DNA of 64,000 bases. Source: an uncultured Nitrospiraceae bacterium (GTDB lineage: Bacteria > Nitrospirota > Nitrospiria > Nitrospirales > Nitrospiraceae). Of the stretch, positions 17,137 through 29,623 are shown one piece after another (within the stretch, counting starts at the first letter, position 1; each line of letters opens with the position of its first letter). The notes beneath the pieces were generated by a model that saw only the letters and a program-made list of their open reading frames with translations, was not told where the DNA came from and did not search any database. Both the position numbers and the translations under genes were made by a program. The stretch lies in contig CAWJWJ010000002.1 of assembly GCA_963846575.1 (NCBI GenBank), positions 2,829,916-2,893,915 of the forward strand, given 5' to 3'.

Positions 17137-19151
17137 GGTGCTCCTTCATCAACCGGAATTCCCAGGCCCGTGCCCGGCAGATACACATCGAACGTCGCGC
17201 CCGCGGTCCCGTTTCGCGCCTCGATCCGGCCGCGGTGGTCCGAGAGAATACCGAAACTGAGAAACAGGCCGAGCCCGGTCCCCTGACCGGCCGGCTTGGT
17301 GGTGAAGAACGGATCGAACACCCGGTCCAGGATCGCGGCTGGAATGCCCGGCCCGTTGTCAGAGACCGTGACCCGTACCCACTCGTCTCCATTCATGCGC
17401 GCGCGGGCCGTGCTCACCGTGATCACGCCCTGGGCCGTATACCCGGTCACCGCATCAATCGCATTGTTGATGAGATTCAACAGCACGGTTTCCAACCGGT
17501 CACGATCTCCCATCACCGGCGGTAATTCCGGCGCCAGCCGGGTTTCGAGCCGCATGGCACGCCCGGCCACCCGTTCGCCGGACATCGCCACGCAAGTCCG
17601 GACCACACAATTCAAGTCGAGCGGTTTCAACGTCGACACCGTGCCGCGGGAAAACGTGAGGATGCTGCGGGTGACCCGGGAAATCCGCTCCGCCTGAATG
17701 CGAATCGTGGCGAGATCCCGCTCGACCTCATGGGTCAGTTGTGTCTGGGCCGCATCGGCCTCCATGCATTCGATCCGGTTCAAGATGATGCCGAGCGGAT
17801 TGTTGATCTCGTGGGCGATCCCGCTGGCGACCTTGCCCAGGGTGGCCAGGCGTTCCGACAGCTCCAGTTTGCGCATGTGCCGGGTGATCTCAGCCGTTTT
17901 TTCTTCCACGCGATGAGTCAGCGCCGCGTTCAGGGACTCCAGCTCCGTTCGTGACGCCTGCAAGCGATCCGCCATGCGATGCACCGCCCCGGCCAGTTCT
18001 TCGAACTCATCTCCGGTTCGCAGATCGAGCGGACCGTCGTAGGTTCCCCGGCTGATGGCTTCGACTCCTGTCTTCAACACCTGGATCGGACGCGCAATTC
18101 TGGTCGCCACATAGCGCCCGATCGCCCACAGGAGCCCCACCATCACGAGTCCGATCGCCGCCAGGTTGCGGAGCTGGTCTCGAATCGGCGCGTAACTCTC
18201 CACCGGCTGCTGCCGCACAAAAATATGCCAGCTGTTGTCCGGCAGGGTCAGACCGGTGACGGGCGCATACCCCACCACCGTATCGGTTCCGCCATGCCCG
18301 TCGTCATCGGCAATTCCCCAGCCGGGATCGGACGAGACGATCATGGCCATCAGCTGACCGGGAATGCGATGGGCCTGCCGGGGAAGGATGGGACAGACCA
18401 ACGGCTCTCCGGCCGCGTTGAAGAGCATGGCATGCCCGGTTTGCCCGATCCGGATCTGGTTGATCATGCCGAAGAGGGTGTCGAACCGGTAGGAGGCTTT
18501 GACGGCCCCGATGACGGTATGGTGCCGGTCGTCCAGAATCGGCACCGCGATATCGATCGTTTCTTCCGGCGTACGGAACGACCCTTCCTTGGCAGGTATC
18601 AATCCGCTGACATGCACCCCTTCGGTGCCGCCAGCATGGACCGCATTCCACCAGGGTTCCTGGCTGAACGAATAGTGATCGGGTTCCGAACTGGCCGCCA
18701 CCAGTGAGCCGAACCGGTCGACGATCAAGAGGCCCACGACCTTGTTTCCGCTTCGCACCTTCGTGTCGAGGAGGAAGCGAGAAAGCCCGTCATCCAATAA
18801 CCGCGCCGCAGCTTCCTTGCCCGTTTCCCAGACCTGCATACGTTCCTGGATGAGCTCAGCAGCCTCGCCGGGCGCTGCGGGATAGGCGCGGTTGGCGCCC
18901 TCCACCGGTTGACGCACCCGGAGCGGAGCAGAACCCAGGAGGCGGACCGCCTGAATTTCGCTCTGGACCAACATCGTCACCCGGTCGGCTGCTTGCACCG
19001 CCACCGCCTGCAGGTTGCCGCCGATGAGGTCCCGCAGCGATTGCATGCCGGACATGTAGGCGAGGACAAGGCCGATCACGAGCGGGACGCAGCCCACCAG
19101 CACAATCGCCAGCACAATGCGGCCCTTGATGGTACGTATCGTCGGTGCCAT
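17112..19151 (-). CDS. Membrane sensor histidine kinase (Cache-like, HAMP, HisKA, HATPase)
   Basis: Two TM helices, HAMP (GDEFEELA), AHEINNPL, NLINNA, DNGPG and GTGLGL. Confidence 0.93.
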   Translation of the reverse strand: MAPTIRTIKGRIVLAIVLVGCVPLVIGLVLAYMSGMQSLRDLIGGNLQAVAVQAADRVTMLVQSEIQAVRLLGSAPLRVRQPVEGANRAYPAAPGEAAELIQERMQVWETGKEAAARLLDDGLSRFLLDTKVRSGNKVVGLLIVDRFGSLVAASSEPDHYSFSQEPWWNAVHAGGTEGVHVSGLIPAKEGSFRTPEETIDIAVPILDDRHHTVIGAVKASYRFDTLFGMINQIRIGQTGHAMLFNAAGEPLVCPILPRQAHRIPGQLMAMIVSSDPGWGIADDDGHGGTDTVVGYAPVTGLTLPDNSWHIFVRQQPVESYAPIRDQLRNLAAIGLVMVGLLWAIGRYVATRIARPIQVLKTGVEAISRGTYDGPLDLRTGDEFEELAGAVHRMADRLQASRTELESLNAALTHRVEEKTAEITRHMRKLELSERLATLGKVASGIAHEINNPLGIILNRIECMEADAAQTQLTHEVERDLATIRIQAERISRVTRSILTFSRGTVSTLKPLDLNCVVRTCVAMSGERVAGRAMRLETRLAPELPPVMGDRDRLETVLLNLINNAIDAVTGYTAQGVITVSTARARMNGDEWVRVTVSDNGPGIPAAILDRVFDPFFTTKPAGQGTGLGLFLSFGILSDHRGRIEARNGTAGATFDVYLPGTGLGIPVDEGAPWGLQEKS

Positions 19152-19235
19152 ACGGTTCCGCACATTGTAAACAGGGGGGAAAAGAAAACGCCACCGTCCG
19201 GGCGCGCGTGGGCCTGGTGGCGGACGATGGCGCGC

Positions 19236-22200
19236 TCAAGCGGCGGGATGGAGGGCGCCGGCACGGGACTTGGCCCAACGGAGCCGGAGACGGTCGAGAT
19301 ACAAATACACGACCGGGGTCGTGTAGAGGGTCAGCACTTGGCTCACCAGCAGGCCGCCCACGATGGCGATGCCCAGCGGACGCCGCAGCTCCGACCCCAC
19401 CCCCGTACCGACGGCCAGCGGAAGCGCGCCCAGCAGAGCGGCCATGGTCGTCATCATGATCGGACGAAACCGCAACAGGCAGGCTTCGTAAATAGCTTCG
19501 GCCGGCGACGTGCCCTCCTCCATGCGCTCCCGTTGCAGCGCGAAGTCGATCATCATGATGGCGTTCTTCTTCACGATGCCGATTAGCAGCATGATCCCGA
19601 TGAGAGCGATCATGGTGAGTTCCGTGTCGAACAGCAGCAGGCCGAGCAAGGCGCCGACCCCGGCGGATGGCAGGGTCGAGAGGATCGTGAGGGGATGGAT
19701 ATAACTCTCGTAGAGGATCCCCAGCACGATGTACATGGCGAGCAACGCGGCCAGGATCAGCCAGGGCTGATTTCCGACCGAAGACTGAAAGGCCTTGGCG
19801 GTGCCCTGAAACGTCCCCTGCACGCCGGCCGGCAACGCGAGCTCATGCATGGCCTGGTCGATAGCTCGCACCGCCGCACCGAGCGACACGCCCGGCGCCA
19901 TGGTGAACGACAGGGTCACGCCGGGAAACTGGCCCTGGTGATTCACCGACAGGAGGGTATTGGCCGCCTCGTATCTGGTGACGGCGCTCAGCGGCACCTG
20001 GGCGCCCGTCGGCGCGCGGACATAGATGTCATGGAGGGCGGAGGGGCTCTGCCAATACTGCGGTGCCACTTCCATCACGACGTGGTATTGATTCAACGGC
20101 GTGTAGAGAATCGACACCTGGCGTTGGCCGAACGCGTCATACAGGGTATCGTCGATGAGTTGAGGGCTCAATCCGAGCCGCGACGCCGTGGCCCGATCGA
20201 ACACCACCAGCTGTTGCTGCCCCTTGTCCTGCTGGTCGCTGTTGACGTCCACGATCTCCGGCAGGCTTCGCAACTTGGCCTCCACGATCGGAGCCCAGGT
20301 GTTGAGTTCAGGCAGGTCCACACTCTGCAGCGTATATTGGTATTGTGCGCTGCTGGCCCGGCCTCCGACGCGCAAATCCTGAATCGGCTGGAAGTAGGTG
20401 GGGGCACCGGCAACCTTCGCCAGTTTCGGACGCAGCCTGGCGATGACCTGATCGGAGCTCATACCGCGCTCCTCGAGCGGCTTGAGCGACACGAACATCC
20501 GTCCGGTGTTGGTCGTGCCGTACCCGCCGCCGCCCGTGAAGCCGTTCACCTGGTCCACCGCGGGATCACTTTGCACGATGTCCATCACCTCGTTCAGCTT
20601 TTCCCGCATGGCTTGAAACGAAATGTCCTGCGCGGCCTGAATGCTGCCGAAGAGCCGGCCCGTATCCTGATGGGGGAAAAACCCTTTCGGCACGATGATG
20701 TACAGATAGACCGTCACGGCCATCGTACCGAGCGTCACCACCAGCATCGTACGAGGGTGCCGCAGCACCCACGTCAGGCTGCTCGCATACCCGCGGCGCA
20801 TGGCCACGAAGATCCGCTCGCTCACGCGATAACTCCAGCCATGCGAGCCGTTCGGTTCCGACTTCAACACCCGGGCGCAGAGCATCGGAATGGTTGTGAG
20901 CGCGACCACCAGGGACACCAGGATCGCCACCGAGAGCGTCACCGCGAATTCCCGGAACAGCCGTCCGAGCATGCCCCCCATGAAAAAAATCGGGATGAAC
21001 ACCGCCACGAGCGACAGGGTCATCGAGAGCACCGTAAAGGCCACGTCCTTGGCTCCACGGAAGGCGGCCTCCATCGCCGGCATCCCCTGTTCGCGATAAC
21101 GTGAAATATTCTCGAGCACCACGATGGCATCGTCCACCACGAACCCGGTGGCGATCGTGAGGGCCATGAGCGAGAGGTTGTCGAGGCTATAGCCGCCCAG
21201 ATACATGACCCCGAAGGTGGAGATCAGCGACACGGGGACGGCAATCGTCGGAATCAGCGTGGCCCGCAGGTTGCGGAGAAACACGAATACCACCAGAATC
21301 ACCAGCGCGACGGAGATCAGGAGGGTCTTCTCCACCTCATGCAGCGAGGCGCGGATCACCGGGGTGCGATCCATCACGACGGACAACGAAATACTGCCCG
21401 GGAGCGAAGCGTTCAACTGGGGCACCAGTCCGCGCAGGCGATCGACCGTCTCGATGATGTTCGCGCCGGCCTGCCGGAAGATGATCACCAGCACGGCCGG
21501 CTTCCCGTTGGTCATCCCCATGTTGCGCAGGTCTTCGACCGACTGTTCGACCGTCGCGACATCGGAGAGGTGAACGGCGCGTCCGTTGCGATAGGCCACG
21601 ATCAGGTCCTGATAGTCCTCGGCGCGGTGCAATTGATCGTTGGTCCTGATCTCCCATGTGCGATCATCGGAAGCCAGCTGCCCCTTCGGACGATTCACGT
21701 TGGTCGAGATGAGCACCTGCCGGACATCGCCCAGACCGATGCCGTACTTATTCAGGGCCGTGGGATTGAGGCCGACCCGTATGGCCGGAAGCGATCCTCC
21801 GCCCACATAGACCTGCCCCACCCCTTCCACCTGAGAGAGCTTTTGCTGGAGGATGCTCGACGCCGCGTCATACATCTCTCCCTGGCTCACGAGTTCGGAG
21901 GTTAACGACAAAATGAGAATGGGGCCGTCGGCCGGATTGACCTTGCGGTACCGTGGACTGCTGGGGAGATTGGCCGGCAGGTCGGCGCGAGCGGCGTTGA
22001 TGGCCGCCTGCACGTCGCGTGCGGCGCCGTCGATATCGCGGTCCATCTCGAACTGCAGGGTCACGCTGGTCCCCCCGATGGTGCTCGAAGACGTCATTTC
22101 GGTGACGCCGGCGATGCGTGAAAACTGATGTTCGAGCGGCGCCGCCACCGAAGAGGCCATGATCTCGGGACTCGCGCCGGGCAGGGAGGCCGACACGCTG

Positions 22201-22334
22201 ATCGTTGGAAACTCCACCTGGGGAAGCGAGGCGACGGGCAGGAAACGAAAGGCCACCAGACCGATCAGCGTGACGCCGATCGTGAGTAACATCGTCGCGA
22301 CGGGACGCCGGATGAAGGGAGCCGAGACATTCAT
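19236..22334 (-). CDS. mdtC: RND efflux permease MdtC-like
   Basis: [32 protein letters not shown] and RFRPIMMTT; second RND gene after the mdtB-like gene. Confidence 0.88.
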   Translation of the reverse strand: MNVSAPFIRRPVATMLLTIGVTLIGLVAFRFLPVASLPQVEFPTISVSASLPGASPEIMASSVAAPLEHQFSRIAGVTEMTSSSTIGGTSVTLQFEMDRDIDGAARDVQAAINAARADLPANLPSSPRYRKVNPADGPILILSLTSELVSQGEMYDAASSILQQKLSQVEGVGQVYVGGGSLPAIRVGLNPTALNKYGIGLGDVRQVLISTNVNRPKGQLASDDRTWEIRTNDQLHRAEDYQDLIVAYRNGRAVHLSDVATVEQSVEDLRNMGMTNGKPAVLVIIFRQAGANIIETVDRLRGLVPQLNASLPGSISLSVVMDRTPVIRASLHEVEKTLLISVALVILVVFVFLRNLRATLIPTIAVPVSLISTFGVMYLGGYSLDNLSLMALTIATGFVVDDAIVVLENISRYREQGMPAMEAAFRGAKDVAFTVLSMTLSLVAVFIPIFFMGGMLGRLFREFAVTLSVAILVSLVVALTTIPMLCARVLKSEPNGSHGWSYRVSERIFVAMRRGYASSLTWVLRHPRTMLVVTLGTMAVTVYLYIIVPKGFFPHQDTGRLFGSIQAAQDISFQAMREKLNEVMDIVQSDPAVDQVNGFTGGGGYGTTNTGRMFVSLKPLEERGMSSDQVIARLRPKLAKVAGAPTYFQPIQDLRVGGRASSAQYQYTLQSVDLPELNTWAPIVEAKLRSLPEIVDVNSDQQDKGQQQLVVFDRATASRLGLSPQLIDDTLYDAFGQRQVSILYTPLNQYHVVMEVAPQYWQSPSALHDIYVRAPTGAQVPLSAVTRYEAANTLLSVNHQGQFPGVTLSFTMAPGVSLGAAVRAIDQAMHELALPAGVQGTFQGTAKAFQSSVGNQPWLILAALLAMYIVLGILYESYIHPLTILSTLPSAGVGALLGLLLFDTELTMIALIGIMLLIGIVKKNAIMMIDFALQRERMEEGTSPAEAIYEACLLRFRPIMMTTMAALLGALPLAVGTGVGSELRRPLGIAIVGGLLVSQVLTLYTTPVVYLYLDRLRLRWAKSRAGALHPAA

Positions 22335-25300
22335 GACGGTCCCACCGGCACCCCTACCGGGATCGTGCCGGGGCGAGGGTCGCGACGGAATCGGGCCGCG
22401 AGCCGATCCAGCGCGAGGTACACCACCGGCGTCGTATAGAGGGTCAGGAGCTGGCTCAATAAGAGGCCGCCGACAATCGACACCCCGAGCGGCCGCCGCA
22501 GCTCCGATCCCACGCCGGAACTCATCGCCAGCGGCAGGGCTGCCAGCAGCGCGGCCATCGTCGTCATCATGATCGGACGGAACCGGAGCAGCGCCGCCTC
22601 ATAAATGGCCTCCTCCGGCAACTTGCGCTCGCTCCGTTCCGCATCCAGGGCGAAGTCGATCATCATGATCGCGTTCTTCTTCACGATGCCGATCAGCAGG
22701 ATAATGCCGATGAGCGCAATGACGCTGAACTCCATGCGCAGGACCATCAAGGCCAGCAGCGCGCCGACGCCGGCCGAGGGCAGGGTGGACAGAATCGTGA
22801 GCGGGTGGATGTAACTTTCGTACAAAATGCCGAGCACGATATACACGGTGATCAGAGCAGCCAGGATCAGCAAGGGTTCATTCCCCAAGGCGGCCTGGAA
22901 GGCCTGTGCCGCTCCCTGGAAACTGCCACGGATGCTGGCGGGCAGCCCCAGTTCCTGCTTCACCTGCCGGATCGCCTCCACAGCCTCTCCGAGCGAACTC
23001 CCCGATGCAAGATTGAAGGAGATGGTGACAGCGGGAAACTGGTCCTGCCGGCTGACGACGAGCGGCACCTTGGTTTCCGTCACCGTCGTGAACACGTTCA
23101 AGGGCACCGAACCGCCGCTTCCGCGCACTTCGATCAGCTGCAGCGCGTCCGGCCCCTTTTGAAATTCCGGCATCACTTCGAGAATGACGCGGTATTGATT
23201 CAACTGCGTGAAGATCGTGGAGACCTGCCGCTGCCCGAAGGCGTCGTACAACGTGTCGGTGATAAGTTGCGGGGTAATGCCCAACCGGGAGGCCGTCTTG
23301 CGGTCGATTTCGACCAACGAGGCCAACCCCTGGTTTTGCTGATCGCTGCTGACATCCCGAAGTTCAGGCCGTTGTTGGAGCGCTTCCAACATTTGGACGC
23401 CCAGCGGTGCAGCTCGGCGGTATCGGCGTCTTCAAGCGTGTACTGAAACTGGGTGCGACTGACCCGGTCTTCGACCGTCAGATCCTGCACCGGTTGCATG
23501 TGCAGCGTGATCCCGTCCACCCCGGCGGCTCGCGCCGCAAGCCGCCGGATCAGGTCGCGGATCTCCTCCCGCCGCTCATCAGGCGACTTCACGTTGATAT
23601 ACATCCGCCCGCTGTTCAGCGTCGCATTCGTGCCATCGACCCCAATGAAGGACGACAGGCCTTCGACCGCCGGTTCTTCCAGAAGGGCCGTTGCCAGAGC
23701 CTGCTGGCGATCGGCCATCGTCTTGAAGGACACGGACTGCGGGGCTTCGGTGATGCCGAGAATCATGCCCGTATCCTGGATCGGAAAGAAGCCTTTCGGG
23801 ATGATGACGAACAACATCAGGGTCAGGACCAACGTGCCGGCCGTAAGCACCAACGCCGCCTTCTGCCGACGCAGCACCCAGCGCAAACTGGTCCCGTAGC
23901 CGGCGATGATCCGGTCCAACACCCGTTGCGACGCCCGGGCGAACCGGCCGGGCTCTTCCTCCCGCCGGCCGCGCAACAGCCTGGCGCACATCATCGGCGT
24001 GAGCGTCAGGGAGACGACGGCGGAGATGAGGATGGTAATACTCAGCGTCACGGCAAACTCACGGAACAATCGTCCCACCACATCGCCCATGAAGAGCAAC
24101 GGAATCAGCACGGCGATCAGCGAGACGGTCAGGGAGAGAATCGTGAAGCGCAATCTGTTTCGACCCCTTGAGGGCCGCCTGGAGCGGCGACTCTCCCCGC
24201 TCGATGTACCGCACGATGTTCTCGATCATGACGATGGCATCGTCCACCACGAACCCGGTCGAGATCGTGAGGGCCATCAACGTCAGGTTGTTCAGGCTGA
24301 ATCCCATCAGGTGCATCACCCCGAAGGTGCCGACCAGCGAGAGGGGAACCGCCGCCGCCGGAATCGCCGTGGCGGACCACGTCCGCAAGAACAAGAAGAT
24401 CACGAGAATGACCAGGGCCACCGCCAGGGCCAACTCGACCTGCACGTCGCGGATGGTCGCGCGGATCGACGTCGTGCGGTCGGTCAATATCGTCGCCTGC
24501 ACGGCGGGAGGAAGCGTGCCCTCCAACTGCGGCAGGATGCGCTTGACCCGATCGACGACCTCGATGACGTTGGCCCCCGGCTGACGTTGTATATTGACGA
24601 TCACCGCCGGCACATCGTTCTTCCAGGCTGCCTGTTTCGTATTTTCGACGTCGTCGATCACCACGGCGACATCGGACAGGCGCACCGGGGCGCCGTTTCG
24701 ATAGGCGATGATCAAGGCCTCATATTCCCTGCCGGAGAAGAGCTGATCCGTGGCATTGATGATCGAGGACCGGCGCGGGCCGTCGAATCCGCCCTTTGCC
24801 TGATTCACATTGGCGGCCGCGACCACGGATCGCAAATCCTCCAACGTCATCCCGTAGGACGCCAGGGCGCGCGGATTCGCCTGGATACGCACCGCCGGAC
24901 GCTGCCCGCCGCTGATGCTCACCAGACCGACCCCGGAAAGCTGCGAGATCTTCTGCGCGAATCTGGTTTCCGCGAGATCGCGAACCTGCGGGAGCGGCAG
25001 GGTCGCGGAGGTCAGCGCCAGGGTCAGAATCGGCGCGTCGGCGGGATTGACCTTGCTATAGACGGGCGGAGTCGGCAGGTCGCGCGGCAGGAAGGTGGCG
25101 GCCTGATTCATGGCGGCCTGCACTTCCTGTTCGGCTACATCCAGGTTGATCTCGAGACTGAACTGCAGCGTGACGACCGAACTTCCGCCTGAACTGACGG
25201 AGGTCATCTGGATGAGTCCGGGCATCTGGCCGAACTGGCGTTCCAGCGGTGCGGTGATGGACGACGTCATCACGTCCGGGCCCGCCCCGGGGTAAAACGT

Positions 25301-25444
25301 CATCACCTGAATGGTCGGGTAGTCGACTTGCGGAAGCGCGGAGACCGGCAACTGGCGGTAGGCCACGGCCCCGACGAGCAGGATGGCAATCATCGTCAGG
25401 ACCGTTGCGACCGGTCGCACGATGAACAGCCTCGAAGGGTTCAC
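22331..25444 (-). CDS. mdtB: RND efflux permease MdtB-like, split by two frameshifts (~24150, ~23393)
   Basis: MNPSRLFI.RPVAT start; three ORF pieces join into one collinear MdtB. Probably sequencing indels. Confidence 0.85.
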
Positions 25445-26676
25445 GTCCGCTTCCCCGGTTGTACCGGCGCGGGGCCGGGGGCCGGACCTCCCTGACTCGC
25501 CGGGACGGCCCCGGGCGCCGGCCGGAGTTCGACCTTGCTGCCCTCGCGTAATTTCTCGGTCCCGTCCACGACGACCTGCTCACCGGAGGTTAGGCCGCGG
25601 TCGATGGAGGATTCTTCTCCCTGCGTCACACCTACCGCGACGTCGCGCACGGTCACGGTCTGATCCTCTTTCACCACATACACGAAGGGCCCCTTGGGTC
25701 CCCGCTGAACGGAGGCGGAAGGTATCAACACCACATCCCGTTTGACATCCAGCAACAGGCGGGCGTTGACGAACTGATTGGGAAAGAGCTCGCTGTCGTC
25801 GTTCGGAAACACGGCCTTCAGCCGGACCGTCCCGGTGGTCGGATCGATTTGATTATCCACGGTCAGCAGGGTTCCGGTCGCCAGCTTCTCCTTCTGCTCG
25901 CGATCGAACGCCTCGACGGTCAGCTGCTTTCCCTGCCTCAGCTGTTCGAACACGGCGGGAAGATGATCCTCCGCCAGGGTGAACACGACCGTAATCGGTT
26001 GCAGTTGCGTGATGACCAGGAGCCCGTTGGAATCGTTCGCGCGCACGATGTTCCCTGCATCCACGAGACGGAGCCCCACCCGTCCATTGATGGGAGCGGT
26101 AATGTTGGCATAGGTGAGCTGCAGCTTGGCATTGTCGATCTGCCCCTGGTCGGCCTTCACGACCCCTTCCAGTTGCCGCACCATCGCCGCCTGAGTATCG
26201 AGCTGTTGCTTGGGGATGAAATTCTGTTTGTAGAGGTCCTTGTAGCGCTGCAGATCCAGTTGCGCATTGGTCAATTGCGCCTGGTCGCGAGCCATCTGGC
26301 CCTCGGCCTGCAGCAATTGTACTTCATAAGGGCGTGCATCGATCTGGGCCAGGAGGTCGCCCTTGCGCACGAGCTGGCCCTCCTTGAAGAGCACCTTCAT
26401 CAACTGGCCGTCGACGAGACTCTTGACCGTGACCGTGTTCATGGGGATGACCGATCCGAGGCCGTTCAAATAGATACTGATTTCGCCGGTCCTGGCGGTG
26501 GCGGCCACGACGGGCGTGCTTCGCGCCCCCTGTGTGCCACGCCTCTGCGCCCCCTGCGGTTGCGCCTCGTCGGATCTGGTCATCACCGCATAGGTCCCCA
26601 GGGCGAGTATGCAGGCTGCGGACAAACCGATGAGCCAGCGCTTCACTGAGGACACGAATGAGATCGACTCCGCCAT
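25441..26676 (-). CDS. mdtA: RND periplasmic adaptor MdtA-like
   Basis: N-terminal [32 protein letters not shown] and FPNQFVN. Confidence 0.9.
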   Translation of the reverse strand: MAESISFVSSVKRWLIGLSAACILALGTYAVMTRSDEAQPQGAQRRGTQGARSTPVVAATARTGEISIYLNGLGSVIPMNTVTVKSLVDGQLMKVLFKEGQLVRKGDLLAQIDARPYEVQLLQAEGQMARDQAQLTNAQLDLQRYKDLYKQNFIPKQQLDTQAAMVRQLEGVVKADQGQIDNAKLQLTYANITAPINGRVGLRLVDAGNIVRANDSNGLLVITQLQPITVVFTLAEDHLPAVFEQLRQGKQLTVEAFDREQKEKLATGTLLTVDNQIDPTTGTVRLKAVFPNDDSELFPNQFVNARLLLDVKRDVVLIPSASVQRGPKGPFVYVVKEDQTVTVRDVAVGVTQGEESSIDRGLTSGEQVVVDGTEKLREGSKVELRPAPGAVPASQGGPAPGPAPVQPGKRT

Positions 26677-27018
26677 ACCGCTATTCCTTCCGTCCCATTG
26701 TATCCTGCGCTTGCTGTAAAGAGTCGCTGGTCCTGGGAGACGCCGTTGAAGCCGGCATGCAATCTGGAGATGTTCCGCATCATACCCTATCTGCCCCCGC
26801 GACCACAGAAGCCTGGTTGACCGTCCCGCACATGGCCGGAACGCGGCCACGGGCGCCAACGACATTCAAGCATAGGCCCCCCGGAAGGGGCTGCCTCCGG
26901 ATGACCGGTCTGAAACAAGAACATCCTCATTGCGGCGCACCGGGGCAGGAACGCGATCAGTTCGTGCAGTCCATCGGCCAGCCCGGCCACAATCAGGTTG
27001 AGGGAGAGATGAATGACT

Positions 27019-27912
27019 CTACCGCCAGCACTCTTTCACGACGGCCCTGACCTGATCGGCCAGCGCCCGGACGGCACCGCTGTGATACCCGCCTTTCTTC
27101 CACAGGAGCCCGACCGCGCGGCGCGGGGTCGGATGCCTGAGTGGAATGCCCCGGAGCGCACGATTGCGATCGAGCCCCAGGGACAATCGCGGCAGGATCG
27201 TCGCAAGCTTACTCGTCCGTACGGTAGCCAGAATGCCTTCGATGGAATTCATTTCTACGATGATATTCGGTTGGATGCCGGCCTTGGCAAAACTCGCATT
27301 CAGTAACCGGCGCGTACAAAAGATGCCTGGCAGGAGAATCAGGGGCTCGTCCCCCAGGGCCGAGAGCGAGAGGATCCGTCGCTTGGACAAACGATGGCGC
27401 GGGGACGTGATCAAGACAAAATCTTCCTCGAACATCGTCTGGCTCTCGAGCCGCTCGGAGGTGACCGGCACGAATCCAATACCCACGTCCAGCAACCCGC
27501 TTTTCACACCGGATTCAATATCGGGACCGGACAGCTCATCCAGCCGTAACGCGACGTGAGGGTGGAGACTCGAGAAGCGGGACACGATTTCGGGCACCAG
27601 ATAGGCGTTCACCGTTTGAACCACACCGACCGCGAGGGTCCCGCTCTGCAGACCTTCCGCCTCGGCAATCGCCACTTGGGCCAGTTCCATCTCCCGCAAC
27701 GCGCGCCGGGCATGCTCCCGGAAGATCTCTCCCGCCCGCGTCAGTTGCACTGAACGTCCGACACGATCAAAGAGCGGCACCCCGACTTCCTGTTCCAACT
27801 GCTTGACCTGTGCAGACAGGGCCGGCTGCGAGACGGGTAGCCCCTCCGCGGCCTTGGTGAAATGAAGGGCGTCCGCCACGGCGAGAAAATACCGGAGATG
27901 TCGGAATTCCAT
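27019..27912 (-). CDS. LysR-family regulator, CynR-like
   Basis: RHLRYFLAVA..LHFTKAA...VSQPALS HTH; overall resemblance to CynR. Confidence 0.92.
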   Translation of the reverse strand: MEFRHLRYFLAVADALHFTKAAEGLPVSQPALSAQVKQLEQEVGVPLFDRVGRSVQLTRAGEIFREHARRALREMELAQVAIAEAEGLQSGTLAVGVVQTVNAYLVPEIVSRFSSLHPHVALRLDELSGPDIESGVKSGLLDVGIGFVPVTSERLESQTMFEEDFVLITSPRHRLSKRRILSLSALGDEPLILLPGIFCTRRLLNASFAKAGIQPNIIVEMNSIEGILATVRTSKLATILPRLSLGLDRNRALRGIPLRHPTPRRAVGLLWKKGGYHSGAVRALADQVRAVVKECWR

Positions 27913-27936
27913 GGGCTCTTCTTATCATAACTAGAA

Positions 27937-27993
27937 CTGATCAATCTAATCAGAAGAAACGCTTTGACGCACCCTTCGGCAGGACGCTAGGTT
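27937..27993. promoter_or_regulatory. Divergent control region: CTGAT-N7-ATCAG dyad and TTGACG-N18-TAGGTT
   Basis: Inverted repeat at 27937-27953 upstream of a sigma-70-like promoter facing the MOSC genes. Confidence 0.35.
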
Positions 27994-28021
27994 GATCAGG
28001 CAGATAACCATGGAGCCCTTG

Positions 28022-28846
28022 ATGACTATGATACAGCCTGATGAGGCCGGCACGGTGGCTACGCTATGGCGCTACCCCGTCAAATCGATGCGCGGTGAAG
28101 AATTAAATGCGGCGGAGATCACCCTGAAGGGGATGGCAGGCGACCGGAGCTACGCTGTCGTCGATGCCTCAAACGGCAAGATCGCCAGCGCCAAACATCC
28201 GAAAAAATGGGGACGCCTGTTCGACTGTCGCGCGGTCCTGGCACCGATGCACACGAATGGCAAGGAGGGCCCCCTGTACGTGATGTTTCCGGACGGAACC
28301 TGGACCACGGGCGGGTCAGCGGACATCGAAACCCGGCTCTCGGCCATACTGGGTCGAGCCGTCCGCCTCACTGGCGTCGTCCCGGCCTCGCCTCAGCTCG
28401 AAGAGTATTGGCCTGACGTACAGGGACGCGCCAGACAGAATGCCGTCACGGATGAAGCCATGCCGGCCGGTACGTTCTTCGATAGCGCGCTCGTGCACCT
28501 CATGACCACCTCCAGCCTGGACGCCCTCAGAGGGCTGTACCCGGCAGGCCGTTTCGAAACGCGGCGGTTTCGACCGAACCTGGTCGTGGCATCGGCCCAG
28601 ACGGCGCCGCCCTTCGTCGAAAACGAATGGATCAACCGGACCCTGGCGATCGGCGAAGAGGTCCGGGTGAAGGTGACTGGTCCCTGCGCGCGTTGCGTCA
28701 TGACAACCCTGCCGCAAGGAGACTTACCGGAAGATCCCGGCATTCTCCGGACGGCCGTGCAGCACAATCGCGCCGCCGTGGGCGTCTACGCGACAGTCGT
28801 AACACCTGGTCGAGTAGTTCGAGGAGACCGGGTCCGGCTTCTGTAA
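28022..28846 (+). CDS. MOSC protein, YcbX/mARC-like (MOSC_N + MOSC, no 2Fe-2S domain)
   Basis: LWRYPVKSM, GDR.YA, RRFRPNLV and CARCVMT. The start could be 28010. Confidence 0.9.
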   Translation: MTMIQPDEAGTVATLWRYPVKSMRGEELNAAEITLKGMAGDRSYAVVDASNGKIASAKHPKKWGRLFDCRAVLAPMHTNGKEGPLYVMFPDGTWTTGGSADIETRLSAILGRAVRLTGVVPASPQLEEYWPDVQGRARQNAVTDEAMPAGTFFDSALVHLMTTSSLDALRGLYPAGRFETRRFRPNLVVASAQTAPPFVENEWINRTLAIGEEVRVKVTGPCARCVMTTLPQGDLPEDPGILRTAVQHNRAAVGVYATVVTPGRVVRGDRVRLL

Positions 28847-28868
28847 GTCTCACCCGGCGTGGCTCATC

Positions 28869-29606
28869 ATGAGGACAGAGCACAGCACCCGCACGATCAC
28901 CGGACTGTTGCAGTCCATCCAGATCGGGCTCCCGCGATCGGCACCATCCACTGATGGTGCCGACTCTGCGGAGCGGACCTGGACGACGGGGATTTATAAA
29001 TCACCGGCGCAGGGCCCCGTCTGGCTCAGCCGGAGCAATCTGGCAGGAGACGGGCAGGCAGACCTCGTTCACCATGGAGGACTCGACAAGGCGGTGTGCG
29101 CCTACCCGGCGGCACACTGGCCCCATTGGACTTCCGTGCTCCCCCCTGACCAGCTCCGTGGAGGGGCGTTCGGAGAAAATTTCACGCTGGCACAACTCAC
29201 GGAAACAGAGGTCTGCATCGGGGACGTGTATTCGGTCGGCTCGGCTATCATTCAAATCTCTCAACCACGCCAGCCCTGCTGGAAACTTACCCGCCGGTGG
29301 CAGATCAAGGACCTTGCGCTCCAGGTTGAACGGCTGGGCTTCACGGGCTGGTATTTTCGTGTCCTCCAGGAAGGGTTTGTCGATACCCGTCAATCCCTTC
29401 ACCTCATCGACCGCCCTTGTCCCGAATGGACGGTCGCGGCGGCCAACCGCGTCATGCATCATGAGCGGCAGGACCGCACTGCCGCCGAACGATTAAGCCT
29501 CTGCAGTCTCCTCTCTGCCAGCTGGCAGCGGACCCTGCGCCAACGTGCGCTGACGGGGGCGGAACCGACGCACCAGCGACGGCACGTTGATGTCGGGCAC
29601 TCTTAA
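28869..29606 (+). CDS. MOSC protein, YiiM-like (MOSC + 3-alpha)
   Basis: GDGQAD..HHGG.DKAV, FGENFT, QPRQPCWKL and TGWYFRV. Confidence 0.92.
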   Translation: MRTEHSTRTITGLLQSIQIGLPRSAPSTDGADSAERTWTTGIYKSPAQGPVWLSRSNLAGDGQADLVHHGGLDKAVCAYPAAHWPHWTSVLPPDQLRGGAFGENFTLAQLTETEVCIGDVYSVGSAIIQISQPRQPCWKLTRRWQIKDLALQVERLGFTGWYFRVLQEGFVDTRQSLHLIDRPCPEWTVAAANRVMHHERQDRTAAERLSLCSLLSASWQRTLRQRALTGAEPTHQRRHVDVGHS

Positions 29607-29623
29607 CTTTACAGGAGGTTCCC

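Noticed and set aside
23380..24160. Programmed frameshifting or phase variation in mdtB
   Set aside because: No slippery heptamer or long repeat tract; similar indels are scattered through unrelated genes.
27019..27912. Calling the LysR cynR
   Set aside because: No cyanase or carbonic anhydrase gene is adjacent; subfamily resemblance only.
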